64,000 nucleotides of DNA, from the sequence record KY000079.2; one strand, written 5' to 3'. This DNA is from Acinetobacter phage AM24. Of this stretch, positions 55,903 to 63,929 are shown one piece after another (within the stretch, counting starts at the first letter, position 1; each line of letters starts with the position of its first letter). Under the pieces are notes generated by a model that ran no database searches, had not been told where the DNA came from, and saw only the letters and a program-made list of their open reading frames with translations. The position numbers were made by a program, and so were the translations under genes.

Positions 55903-56120
55903 TGCAATACTATCAACTTGGTGACGTTGTGGAAGTTGTAGAATTAGTGGCACTTGATAGTAAATTTGGTATCCAAATTGGTGATGTTGCTAAAGTTGTT
56001 ACAGTCAAGAATTTCCCTGATGGATCTCAGATGGTTGATTGTTACAATCCAAAGTGGGATCATGAAAATCTCAATGGTATTAGAGAAATGACTCGTTCTC
56101 AGTTGAAAAAGGTGAAGTAA
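55902..56120 (+). CDS. KOW/SH3-like VGD-family small protein.
   Basis: LGDVVEVVELV...IGDVAKVVTV...CYNPKW. Confidence 0.5.
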   Translation: MQYYQLGDVVEVVELVALDSKFGIQIGDVAKVVTVKNFPDGSQMVDCYNPKWDHENLNGIREMTRSQLKKVK

Positions 56121-56350
56121 TGGCAGCAAGAGATTATGAAGATTACCCTTTAGTTGTGGGTGATAGAATTATTGTCAAGTACACTATAGAGGTCGATGAA
56201 AATAATGGTGTGAAGGCTGGTGATGTAGCCAAGGTTGTTTATGTGGATTTAGATCACGATGTTTGGTGCTTCAACCCTAACTGGAAACTTGGCAATGTTG
56301 AACTTGGTGGTAACTTCATGAGAAGTGATCAAATTGGGAGATTAAAATGA
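56120..56350 (+). CDS. KOW/SH3-like VGD-family small protein.
   Basis: VGDRIIVKYT...AGDVAKVVYV...CFNPNW. Confidence 0.5.
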   Translation: MAARDYEDYPLVVGDRIIVKYTIEVDENNGVKAGDVAKVVYVDLDHDVWCFNPNWKLGNVELGGNFMRSDQIGRLK

Positions 56351-56739
56351 GTTTATCTGAAGATCAAGATAAAGGTGAAGGTTTAACGATTGAGGAAATT
56401 CGTTCTCGTGCACCAAAAGATGCTACTCTATATGGTTTTGAAGACCAAGAAGATGGACGTTATGTATATTACTTAAAGGTTATAGATGGTCAAGTGTATA
56501 TTCAACTATCTTGGATGGATGATTGGATTGAGTCAACGCCAAATAAACTATTTAATAGTGACTTACCACTTAATCCACCAAAATATGCTACACATTATGA
56601 AATTCAAGGAAATGAGGTAGTATATTATGCTAAGGACCAAATAGGTCGTTGGTGCTATGTTGATGATGACAGTGGTGGTGGTTGGCCTACGCACTTAGAT
56701 GAATGGGATCGCTTAGATAATGAACTGAAGCCACTTTAA
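56347..56739 (+). CDS. Hypothetical protein, without the family motif.
   Basis: 130-aa ORF overlapping the previous stop. Confidence 0.35.
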   Translation: MSLSEDQDKGEGLTIEEIRSRAPKDATLYGFEDQEDGRYVYYLKVIDGQVYIQLSWMDDWIESTPNKLFNSDLPLNPPKYATHYEIQGNEVVYYAKDQIGRWCYVDDDSGGGWPTHLDEWDRLDNELKPL

Positions 56740-56767
56740 TGTGGTTTTATTTTTTGGAGATTTATAA

Positions 56768-56962
56768 ATGAGTTATTTTAAAGTAGGTGACAAAGTAGAG
56801 GTGATAGAGGTTTTAGCTGCCGATGAGGAAGCTAATATTAAAGTGGGTGATGTTGCAAAAGTCACTGTGGTGAGAGGGCCTTTGTGGATTCAATGTGAAA
56901 ATCCTGAATGGGAAGAAGGCTTCATGCCTATGAGAGAGTTCCAAATCAAGAGGGTGGGTTGA
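56768..56962 (+). CDS. KOW/SH3-like VGD-family small protein.
   Basis: KVGDKVEVIEV...VGDVAKVTVV...CENPEW. Confidence 0.5.
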   Translation: MSYFKVGDKVEVIEVLAADEEANIKVGDVAKVTVVRGPLWIQCENPEWEEGFMPMREFQIKRVG

Positions 56963-56965
56963 TTA

Positions 56966-57159
56966 TGAAGTTTCAGGTAGGTGATAAAGTAGTTATCACA
57001 AAGGTTACAGTAACAGATATTAGATTTGGGGTGAAGGTTGGAGATGTAGCCAAGGTGGTTGAACAAGGTGACTGGGATCCAAATTGGTACTATTGTAGAA
57101 ACCCTGATTGGAAACAAGATACAGTCAATATGAAAAATGACCAAATTAAAAAACTCTGA
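56966..57159 (+). CDS. KOW/SH3-like VGD-family small protein.
   Basis: QVGDKVVITKV...VGDVAKVVEQ...CRNPDW. Start at the ATG after RBS agagggtgggttgattatg. Confidence 0.5.
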
Positions 57160-57178
57160 AAATAATTTTAAAAAGTTG

Positions 57179-57207
57179 TTGACAGGAAAATTAAAACCCA
57201 CTAACAT
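57179..57207 (+). promoter_or_regulatory. Sigma70-type promoter with extended -35 aaaagttgttgaca.
   Basis: -35 ttgaca, 17-bp spacer, -10 taacat. Confidence 0.4.
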
Positions 57208-57295
57208 AAGCCTCATAGAGAACAAGCAAACAAAGTTCTTAATGAAATACTTGAATAAACAGCACATTGGTGCACAAACTATCTAGGAGATATTA

Positions 57296-58489
57296 ATGGA
57301 TTTACTTATTGGTCATTCTTACCAGTTAATCAACACTAAAGACCCAGCTTTCATGTTCACAACTGGTTTTAGTGACCCTAAGACAAATAAAGTCATTAAA
57401 GATGCTGTTATTAAACCTTACAGCAAAGATGATGATGGTGATGTTTTTGCTTATGCATACTTCCCAGATCGTCAAGACACTATTATCAATCCAGATCATA
57501 ATGTGTTGATCATTCGAAGTGAATTTGATTTGTTTAAAGAAGTTGGTGCTGGTGATCAATCTCAACCAGAAGTGGATGGAATTGAAGAAAGTGAAGTATT
57601 CTCTCACAATCTTAAGAAGATGTTCCAAGAGATGGTTGATAAGAACCTAAGCTCTGAAGAGATGCAAGCGAAGATCACTGAAACTATCCGTGAAACTGTG
57701 CTAGAGCAAGCTCCACGACCACTTGAAGTGAAGTTTGGTGAGAAGACAACTGTAATTGGTACTGCTCACGTAATGCTTGAAGAAGCTTTAAAACGCTTAA
57801 ATGCAACAAAGAACATCATGTTAGTTGGTCCTGCTGGTTCTGGTAAGACTTACCTTGCAGCACAACTTGCAGAGTCTTTAGAGCTTGACTTCTCATCAAT
57901 TTCTTGTAGCTCTGGTATGTCTGAATCAGTAATTACTGGTTGGTTGTTACCTGTTGATGGTGGTGCATTTGAATATCATGAAAGTGACTTTATTCGAATT
58001 TACGAAAATGGTGGTGTGTTCTTGTTCGATGAAATGGATGCTGCTGACCCATCTATCCTATTGATCATCAACCAAGCATTAGCAAACGGTAAAATTACTG
58101 TTCCGCAACGTAAAGGTAATACCGAAGTTAAACGACATAAAGATTTCATTTGCGTTGGTGCATGTAACACATTTGGTCGTGGTTCTAACTTGATGTACTC
58201 TGGTCGTGAACGTCTTGATGAATCAACACTTGACCGTTTCCGTTTAGGTTTGATGGAAATGGACTACGATAAGCTTCTTGAAGAAAGAGTTGTTGATAAA
58301 GCTGTTCGTGATTGGGCTTGGCAAGTACGTGCTCGAATTCAGGAAAGTGGTTTACGCCGAGTGATGTCAACACGTTTCATGATCGATGCAACTAAGTTAT
58401 TACAAAACACTGATGCAACAATGCAGAAAGTAAAAGATATCTTCTTTGTTGGTTGGAAGGAAGATGAACGCCGAAAAGTTGACCACTAA
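57296..58489 (+). CDS. MoxR/CobS-like AAA+ ATPase.
   Basis: Walker A MLVGPAGSGKTYLA, Walker B VFLFDEMD, sensor/arginine region STLDRFRLG. N-terminal domain of about 170 aa. Confidence 0.65.
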   Translation: MDLLIGHSYQLINTKDPAFMFTTGFSDPKTNKVIKDAVIKPYSKDDDGDVFAYAYFPDRQDTIINPDHNVLIIRSEFDLFKEVGAGDQSQPEVDGIEESEVFSHNLKKMFQEMVDKNLSSEEMQAKITETIRETVLEQAPRPLEVKFGEKTTVIGTAHVMLEEALKRLNATKNIMLVGPAGSGKTYLAAQLAESLELDFSSISCSSGMSESVITGWLLPVDGGAFEYHESDFIRIYENGGVFLFDEMDAADPSILLIINQALANGKITVPQRKGNTEVKRHKDFICVGACNTFGRGSNLMYSGRERLDESTLDRFRLGLMEMDYDKLLEERVVDKAVRDWAWQVRARIQESGLRRVMSTRFMIDATKLLQNTDATMQKVKDIFFVGWKEDERRKVDH

Positions 58490-58504
58490 AAGTCAACTGA
58501 AGTT

Positions 58505-58537
58505 AGCCTCTAGAGATTACTCTAGGGGTTTTCTTTT
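58505..58537 (+). terminator. Rho-independent terminator.
   Basis: Stem cctctaga / tctagggg (one G-U pair) followed by ttttctttt. Confidence 0.45.
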
Positions 58538-58550
58538 GCATAAATTTTAC

Positions 58551-58579
58551 TTGATTTAAAAATAGAATTTGTTTAGAAT
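58551..58579 (+). promoter_or_regulatory. Sigma70-type promoter.
   Basis: -35 ttgatt, 17-bp spacer, -10 tagaat. Confidence 0.4.
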
Positions 58580-58615
58580 CTACTTAGTTATTAAACTCAA
58601 TAAGAGGATATCTCA

Positions 58616-59509
58616 ATGTATAAAGCTGTTGAAAATGTTAAAGGTTTGCGCGGTAAAGTGGCGATCGTTAAATATAGAAATGTTTCTGATGCTATGGACC
58701 ACTATAAGAAATATGATGTGGACATCCCTTTCAAGCACAATAAAGGTCAGGTTTCAGAGTATCGTGGTGGTCATCATAGTACTGATTGGACAGGTTTTAG
58801 TGATCAACGTCACTTTGAACAAACTATGCTTCATGGTGATAAAATCAAAGCGATTGAGATTGAAGAAATTCAAGCACCAGAAGTTAAGGTTGAGTCACGT
58901 AAACGTAAACGCCACAAAGGACCTATCGGTGATACTTTAGATATTCATGCAGTATATCGTGGTGAATTAGATCGTGCATGGACCTATACCAAACGTGATA
59001 TGCATGATGGTGGCATGAAAAACATTACCCTCCTAATTAACATTGGTGATAACTGTGGTATTTCCTCACAGGCATTAGGGTGGCGTGGTGCAGTGGCATT
59101 GAAAGTCTGTGATGTGATGACTGAAGCTGGCTACAATGTTCGAATCATTGCTAACCAAATGACTGAAAATGTAACCCGTGATGATGATGGTTATGGTTAC
59201 AATTGCACAACTGTTAAAGACTTTGATGAATACTTGGATGTTCCTAAGCTTGCTGCTATCTTCTGTCGTGCAGGTTTCTTCCGTTCAGTAATCTTCACCA
59301 CAATTGTTTATGAAGCTGAATTACTAGGGAAACGTGTAGATTATGGTTTAGGTCGATCTATCAAGTCACAGAGTGAGGAAGGTAAGAAGCTCATCGAACA
59401 TGTGCACCAAGACGAAGGATATATGGTGGTATTCCCTTCAGTGAATGGTAAAGAAGATGCTTTAAATGCCATGAAGGAGATCTTAAAGCCTTATTTAATT
59501 GAGGAATAA
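58616..59509 (+). CDS. Hypothetical protein, possible partner of the AAA+ ATPase (VWA/CobT-like?).
   Basis: RBS aagaggatatctcaatg. 297 aa. The segment ITLLINIGDNCGIS weakly resembles a MIDAS-type beta-strand-loop. Confidence 0.3.
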   Translation: MYKAVENVKGLRGKVAIVKYRNVSDAMDHYKKYDVDIPFKHNKGQVSEYRGGHHSTDWTGFSDQRHFEQTMLHGDKIKAIEIEEIQAPEVKVESRKRKRHKGPIGDTLDIHAVYRGELDRAWTYTKRDMHDGGMKNITLLINIGDNCGISSQALGWRGAVALKVCDVMTEAGYNVRIIANQMTENVTRDDDGYGYNCTTVKDFDEYLDVPKLAAIFCRAGFFRSVIFTTIVYEAELLGKRVDYGLGRSIKSQSEEGKKLIEHVHQDEGYMVVFPSVNGKEDALNAMKEILKPYLIEE

Positions 59510-59511
59510 TC

Positions 59512-59793
59512 ATGGATCGTCAAGAGATGATTAAAAAGTACCCTATCGGCTCTAAGCTGGTAGGGAGGTATCTAGGACACAAACAGTCTTCAAGTGAAAT
59601 GATTTGTAAGGTTGTTGGTTATTCTGCTTTCAGAACTTCGATGTTAGTCTATAATCCAGAAATAATTGGTCATACTGGTACTGGAAGATGTGTAGATCAA
59701 ACAGGATCTAGGATTTCTGGGGAAAAGATAAAAGATCTTTATGGTAACCATTGTTGGTATGTTAAATATGAAGATTTGCGAGGTAATCAATGA
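59512..59793 (+). CDS. VGD-family subfamily B small protein (YPIG.KV...GKVVGY...YNP.ITGHSG...CWY).
   Basis: YPIGSKLVGRY...CKVVGYSAF...YNPEIIGHTGTG...CWYVKY. Confidence 0.45.
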   Translation: MDRQEMIKKYPIGSKLVGRYLGHKQSSSEMICKVVGYSAFRTSMLVYNPEIIGHTGTGRCVDQTGSRISGEKIKDLYGNHCWYVKYEDLRGNQ

Positions 59794-60083
59794 TTTTAGA
59801 AGAGTTAGAAGACATTGCTAGAGAATATCCAATAGGTTCGAAGGTTATATGCAATGGTAATCATCTTGGTTATGGGAGTAATGAGAAAGACTTAGTTTGT
59901 AAAGTTCTTGGCTATAGTCGATTGGGCTATGGTTTGTTATTATACAACCCTGACATTACAGGACACTCAGGGAATGACTATTGTTTAAATGGTTTGCATG
60001 AAGAAGTTGATCAAAGCTACCTTGAGAGAAACTACCGAGAGAGTTGCTGGTATATTAGCTACAACATGGTTAAGAAGGTGTAG
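59790..60083 (+). CDS. VGD-family subfamily B small protein.
   Basis: YPIGSKVICNG...CKVLGYSRL...YNPDITGHSGND...CWYISY. Confidence 0.45.
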   Translation: MILEELEDIAREYPIGSKVICNGNHLGYGSNEKDLVCKVLGYSRLGYGLLLYNPDITGHSGNDYCLNGLHEEVDQSYLERNYRESCWYISYNMVKKV

Positions 60084-60113
60084 TATACCTATAGATAAAA
60101 TGTGGAGGTATAA

Positions 60114-60386
60114 ATGGTTGCTATTCCAAAAGATAAATTCCCTATTGGATGTAAAGTAAGGGTGATTAGTGGAGATTGTTGCTGGAAAACTGGAGATATT
60201 GGCAAGGTTATAGGTTATAGTGATACAGATGATGTTGTTGTATATAATCCACGTATAGAAGGCCATAATGCAGAAATTTCTTGTTTTGATGAGAATGGTT
60301 GTAGGGTCAAAGATGAAGTAAGGTTAAAATATGCAGGTCATTTATGGTACTTCTCTATAAGAAGTATAGAAAGAATTGGAGGTTAG
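60114..60386 (+). CDS. VGD-family subfamily B small protein.
   Basis: FPIGCKVRVIS...GKVIGYSDT...YNPRIEGHNAE...LWYFSI. Confidence 0.45.
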   Translation: MVAIPKDKFPIGCKVRVISGDCCWKTGDIGKVIGYSDTDDVVVYNPRIEGHNAEISCFDENGCRVKDEVRLKYAGHLWYFSIRSIERIGG

Positions 60387-60389
60387 GTT

Positions 60390-60851
60390 ATGAGTAAGCA
60401 AGTAGAAAACCCTAAGTACAAAGCCTTAAAACAACCTACAGGTAATGGTTCATGTCGCCCTAAAGGTTATGGCTGGGTACAAGTTGATAGGTTGGTTGGC
60501 TCTGACAATCAGTATGGTATTGTAGAAAATGGTATCTATAAGGTTGTGGTGTATAATCCTTTAGGTGTAATTATTATTACTCCAGATGCCCCGTATGGTG
60601 ACAACACAAGAGAGCTAATTAAAGACCAATACCATTGGGTTTCATTTGATGATGTCTTTAACCCAATACCTGAAGATGAAGAACTGAAGGTGGGTGATAG
60701 GGTGATGCTTAATCAAGACTACAACAACTATAAAAAAGGTTATGTTATGAAAGTAAAAGAAATCAGAAAAGATGGTGACGATTTGCTTGTAAAACTTTGT
60801 AATCCGAGTACATCCTTCTGGGCTTATTCTTATAGAATACGTAAATTCTAA
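60390..60851 (+). CDS. Hypothetical protein with a C-terminal VGD/KOW-like module.
   Basis: LKVGDRVMLNQ...KGYVMKVKEI. Confidence 0.35.
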   Translation: MSKQVENPKYKALKQPTGNGSCRPKGYGWVQVDRLVGSDNQYGIVENGIYKVVVYNPLGVIIITPDAPYGDNTRELIKDQYHWVSFDDVFNPIPEDEELKVGDRVMLNQDYNNYKKGYVMKVKEIRKDGDDLLVKLCNPSTSFWAYSYRIRKF

Positions 60852-60871
60852 TTAAGTTTCCCTTGAAAACT

Positions 60872-60900
60872 TGCACAAACACTCAAGAAATGGTAATATG
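60872..60900 (+). promoter_or_regulatory. Sigma70-type promoter.
   Basis: -35 ttgcac, 17-bp spacer, -10 taatat. Confidence 0.4.
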
Positions 60901-60935
60901 CACCTATCAATCAACCAAGCATTATAGGTGCTAAA

Positions 60936-61400
60936 ATGGATAAACTTTTTAAGTATACCAAACTTCAACAATCTCAAAAAACTTCAAAATTATCATCTAC
61001 TTACAATAAAGTGACTACTTATGTAGCTCGCTTTTTTCGTGTTGCCTTTAAAAACTTCTTAAGTATGTTTGATGGTGGAAGTCCTCAAGATATCATGCGA
61101 GATAGATTTAAAGAGTGGCACGAAGAGGTAAGTCTTGCAAATAAGAAGGTGGCTTATCAAGTTGGTCAGAGAGTAACCATTAATGATGTTTCTTATTTTG
61201 AGAAATACAGAGGTTTTCATGCTGGTGATGTTGCAAAAATTACCAAATTGATTAATGAGGATGGTGTTGAGAAGTTAGCACTGTTCAATCCTAAATGGAT
61301 TACTGCTAAAGATGAACTTGATTTGGGTTGTGTAATTGTTGACCCTAAGAAATGTATGGTGGAGATTGTTGGTGTTAAATCTGGGGGTGTAAATGTATAA
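60936..61400 (+). CDS. KOW/SH3-like VGD-family protein (C-terminal module).
   Basis: QVGQRVTIND...AGDVAKITKL...LFNPKW. Confidence 0.45.
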   Translation: MDKLFKYTKLQQSQKTSKLSSTYNKVTTYVARFFRVAFKNFLSMFDGGSPQDIMRDRFKEWHEEVSLANKKVAYQVGQRVTINDVSYFEKYRGFHAGDVAKITKLINEDGVEKLALFNPKWITAKDELDLGCVIVDPKKCMVEIVGVKSGGVNV

Positions 61401-61602
61401 TGAAGGTCTGCCTGTAGATGGTGCTAAAATAGTGGTACATAGCCCTGATGACATATCTAGAAACACCCACAACGTAAGAGAAAACGATGTTGGTAAAGTG
61501 GTTGGTAGATATAACGGTCAAGGAAATGGAATTGTTGCCAAGAACCCTAACTGGAAAGATGGTACACTGTGCTTAGGTCCTAATAAGTACGAGGTAATTT
61601 AA
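61393..61602 (+). CDS. KOW/SH3-like VGD-family small protein.
   Basis: DGAKIVVHSP...NDVGKVVGRYNG...AKNPNW. Confidence 0.5.
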   Translation: MYNEGLPVDGAKIVVHSPDDISRNTHNVRENDVGKVVGRYNGQGNGIVAKNPNWKDGTLCLGPNKYEVI

Positions 61603-61603
61603 C

Positions 61604-61804
61604 ATGAAAGCTAAAATTGGTGATATTATAGAAATCACCACACCTGATGAAGAAAGTTTAAAAAGAGGTGTGAAATTAGGACAAATTGGAAAAGTTACTG
61701 AAGAGTATGAGTTCGGTTGTTTTGCCAAGAATCCTTTATGGGGTGAAAAAATTGTAGGTTTCTGGAATGACGAATTTGAAGTCTTAAATGAAGTGCAGAG
61801 GTAG
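61604..61804 (+). CDS. KOW/SH3-like VGD-family small protein.
   Basis: KIGDIIEITT...LGQIGKVTEE...AKNPLW. Confidence 0.5.
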   Translation: MKAKIGDIIEITTPDEESLKRGVKLGQIGKVTEEYEFGCFAKNPLWGEKIVGFWNDEFEVLNEVQR

Positions 61805-61813
61805 GAATAAGTT

Positions 61814-62128
61814 ATGGAAAGTTGGGATGGTTATTTAGAAACATACCCTATTGGGGGTAGTTATAAGGAACATAGTAGTGGTACGGGTCAATCTAAAAAT
61901 ATTAAAGTTGGATCTAGGATTATTGTAACAAACCCTGACGCTGTTTCCCAAAGAGTTGGTAAGATTAAAGCTGGCGATGTTGGTAAGGTTGTATGTGTGG
62001 ATGCAGTTAATGGTATACTGGCATATAACCCCAACTGGAATAATCGAGATCGTAGTGTTGATGATGACTATGATTACAATGGGACAGCTTGTTTTTTACT
62101 CCCGTATGAATTTGAGATCATATCTTAG
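61814..62128 (+). CDS. KOW/SH3-like VGD-family small protein.
   Basis: VGSRIIVTNP...AGDVGKVVCV...AYNPNW. Confidence 0.5.
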   Translation: MESWDGYLETYPIGGSYKEHSSGTGQSKNIKVGSRIIVTNPDAVSQRVGKIKAGDVGKVVCVDAVNGILAYNPNWNNRDRSVDDDYDYNGTACFLLPYEFEIIS

Positions 62129-62136
62129 GTGACAAT

Positions 62137-62322
62137 ATGGTGAAGATAGGCACTAAAGTTATTGTAAAGTATGTATATTTAATGTCTACTAGTGGTGCAA
62201 AAGTTGGTGATGTTGCCAAAGTTATTGGTCGTTATAATGGCAATGGGGTTGTTGTAAAGAACCCTAATTGGTTGTGTGGTACACTATCACTAAAATTTGG
62301 TGAATTTGAGCTAATAAAGTGA
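62137..62322 (+). CDS. KOW/SH3-like VGD-family small protein.
   Basis: IGTKVIVKYV...VGDVAKVIGRYNG...VKNPNW. Confidence 0.5.
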   Translation: MVKIGTKVIVKYVYLMSTSGAKVGDVAKVIGRYNGNGVVVKNPNWLCGTLSLKFGEFELIK

Positions 62323-62329
62323 GGATGTT

Positions 62330-62590
62330 ATGACTGAGTGTTACGGCTGGTATGTTCCAACATCACAAAAAGAGTATGTTATACGAGTTGGCGATAAAGT
62401 TGAAATTATCGATGCTTGGGGGATGGATAAAGAAAAGGGGATTCAAAATGATCACATTGCCAAGGTTACTCAAGTCGGAGATAAATACATTTTATGTAGG
62501 AATCCAATTTGGAAAATTAGGGGTGATAGAGCTATGGGATTTGAACAAGTGAAGTTGATAGACTTATCAGATAAGGAGGAATTGCTATGA
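62330..62590 (+). CDS. KOW/SH3-like VGD-family small protein.
   Basis: VGDKVEIIDA...NDHIAKVTQV...CRNPIW. Confidence 0.5.
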   Translation: MTECYGWYVPTSQKEYVIRVGDKVEIIDAWGMDKEKGIQNDHIAKVTQVGDKYILCRNPIWKIRGDRAMGFEQVKLIDLSDKEELL

Positions 62591-62844
62591 AAGAACCAGA
62601 AATTGGCACAAAAGTTGTAATTGTTAATCCTGATGATCATTCTCGTGGAGAGGGTATTGTGGAGGGAGATGTTGCGAAGGTTGTTGGGGTGGATACTTGC
62701 ATAAAAGATTGTGATTTACTACTTCTCTTGCACAATCCTAAGTGGGAAAACATGCAAGAAGGTGTTCTAAGTTGCAACACACCTTGTCATCTTGTATACT
62801 TATCTGAATGTGATATTTACGAAGAATGCCTTAAGGGGACTTAG
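62587..62844 (+). CDS. KOW/SH3-like VGD-family small protein.
   Basis: IGTKVVIVNP...EGDVAKVVGV...LHNPKW. Confidence 0.5.
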   Translation: MKEPEIGTKVVIVNPDDHSRGEGIVEGDVAKVVGVDTCIKDCDLLLLLHNPKWENMQEGVLSCNTPCHLVYLSECDIYEECLKGT

Positions 62845-62846
62845 TT

Positions 62847-63137
62847 ATGAGTTGGAGAGTACCTGAAATTGGTGAGAGGGTTGTGATGTCACACCCTGAT
62901 TATGAATCAAAAATACACAAGATTAAATCGGGAGATGTTGGAAAAGTAGTGGGAATAATACCTGATGATGACCCAAGCCTAGTATTACTATTCTTGTACA
63001 ATCCAAACTGGGACCTTGATGAATACTATCCTCATGATATTGGGGATGAGTTTATAGGCGACCCTGAAGAAGCTTGTCTGGTGTATATTCGTGAATGTGA
63101 TCTTCATGGAATAAATGAGAGTGAGGCAAAATTGTAA
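62847..63137 (+). CDS. KOW/SH3-like VGD-family small protein.
   Basis: IGERVVMSHP...SGDVGKVVGI...LYNPNW. Confidence 0.5.
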   Translation: MSWRVPEIGERVVMSHPDYESKIHKIKSGDVGKVVGIIPDDDPSLVLLFLYNPNWDLDEYYPHDIGDEFIGDPEEACLVYIRECDLHGINESEAKL

Positions 63138-63237
63138 TGGAAATTGGACAAAAATTGTTGTAAAGCACCTAGATTTCTAGTCTAAACAGGATGTGATTAA
63201 ATATGGTAATGTTGGTAAGGTATTTGGAGGTTGATTA

Positions 63238-63588
63238 ATGGCTCAGAAATTAGAGTTTCATGAAGGTTATGTCCTGATGGATGGGGTCAAAATGAATGTT
63301 GATTTGGATTATACTGACCAAACAACAGGCTGGAGCACAAAAGATGTAATAGAAGCATTCCCATATGGTTGCAAGGTCAGCCTTGATGTAGAAGGTTTGG
63401 TTGGTAGAAAGGGTGTAGGTAAGGTTGTGGGATATTGGGATGACTGTGTTCTTGTTTATAATCCACAGAATACAGGACACTCTGGAGGGTCATTTTTTGA
63501 GGAAAACAGGCATTTATGGAAAGAGATTTATAGTGGAAAATGTTGGTGGATTCATTTTACTAGAGTTAGAGATGTGAGAAAGATATGA
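63238..63588 (+). CDS. VGD-family subfamily B protein.
   Basis: FPYGCKVSLD...GKVVGYWDD...YNPQNTGHSGG...CWWIHF. Confidence 0.45.
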   Translation: MAQKLEFHEGYVLMDGVKMNVDLDYTDQTTGWSTKDVIEAFPYGCKVSLDVEGLVGRKGVGKVVGYWDDCVLVYNPQNTGHSGGSFFEENRHLWKEIYSGKCWWIHFTRVRDVRKI

Positions 63589-63929
63589 GTGCTAAGATAC
63601 CAGAAATACCACCTATACCAGAGCCAGAAAAACCTTATGAAATTTCCCAGACTGTATATAGTCGATTTAATCAGCAAAAGTGTAAGTATGAAGTATTTTC
63701 TGTGGGTGAGAGGGTAAGAATATTCCTTTATGGATCTCAATTCCTGAATAATTATGGAATTTACGATGGTCAAGTAGGGAAGATTGTGGAGATAAAAAAG
63801 GTTGATATGGGGAATGGAAGTGTTGTTGCTAAGATTTACATAAAAAACCCACTATGGCACTATAAATTACCTGACAAAGACCCTACAATAATGGAGTTTT
63901 TGGATCATGAAGTTTCCATATTGGAGTAG
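63585..63929 (+). CDS. KOW/SH3-like VGD-family protein.
   Basis: VGERVRIFLY...DGQVGKIVEI...IKNPLW. Confidence 0.45.
   Translation: MSAKIPEIPPIPEPEKPYEISQTVYSRFNQQKCKYEVFSVGERVRIFLYGSQFLNNYGIYDGQVGKIVEIKKVDMGNGSVVAKIYIKNPLWHYKLPDKDPTIMEFLDHEVSILE

Noticed and set aside
57296-58489. Calling the AAA+ ATPase a terminase or packaging ATPase
   Set aside because: Its Walker motifs and the LDRF arginine region fit the MoxR/CobS clade, not a terminase. Its position among early genes is also inconsistent with a packaging module.
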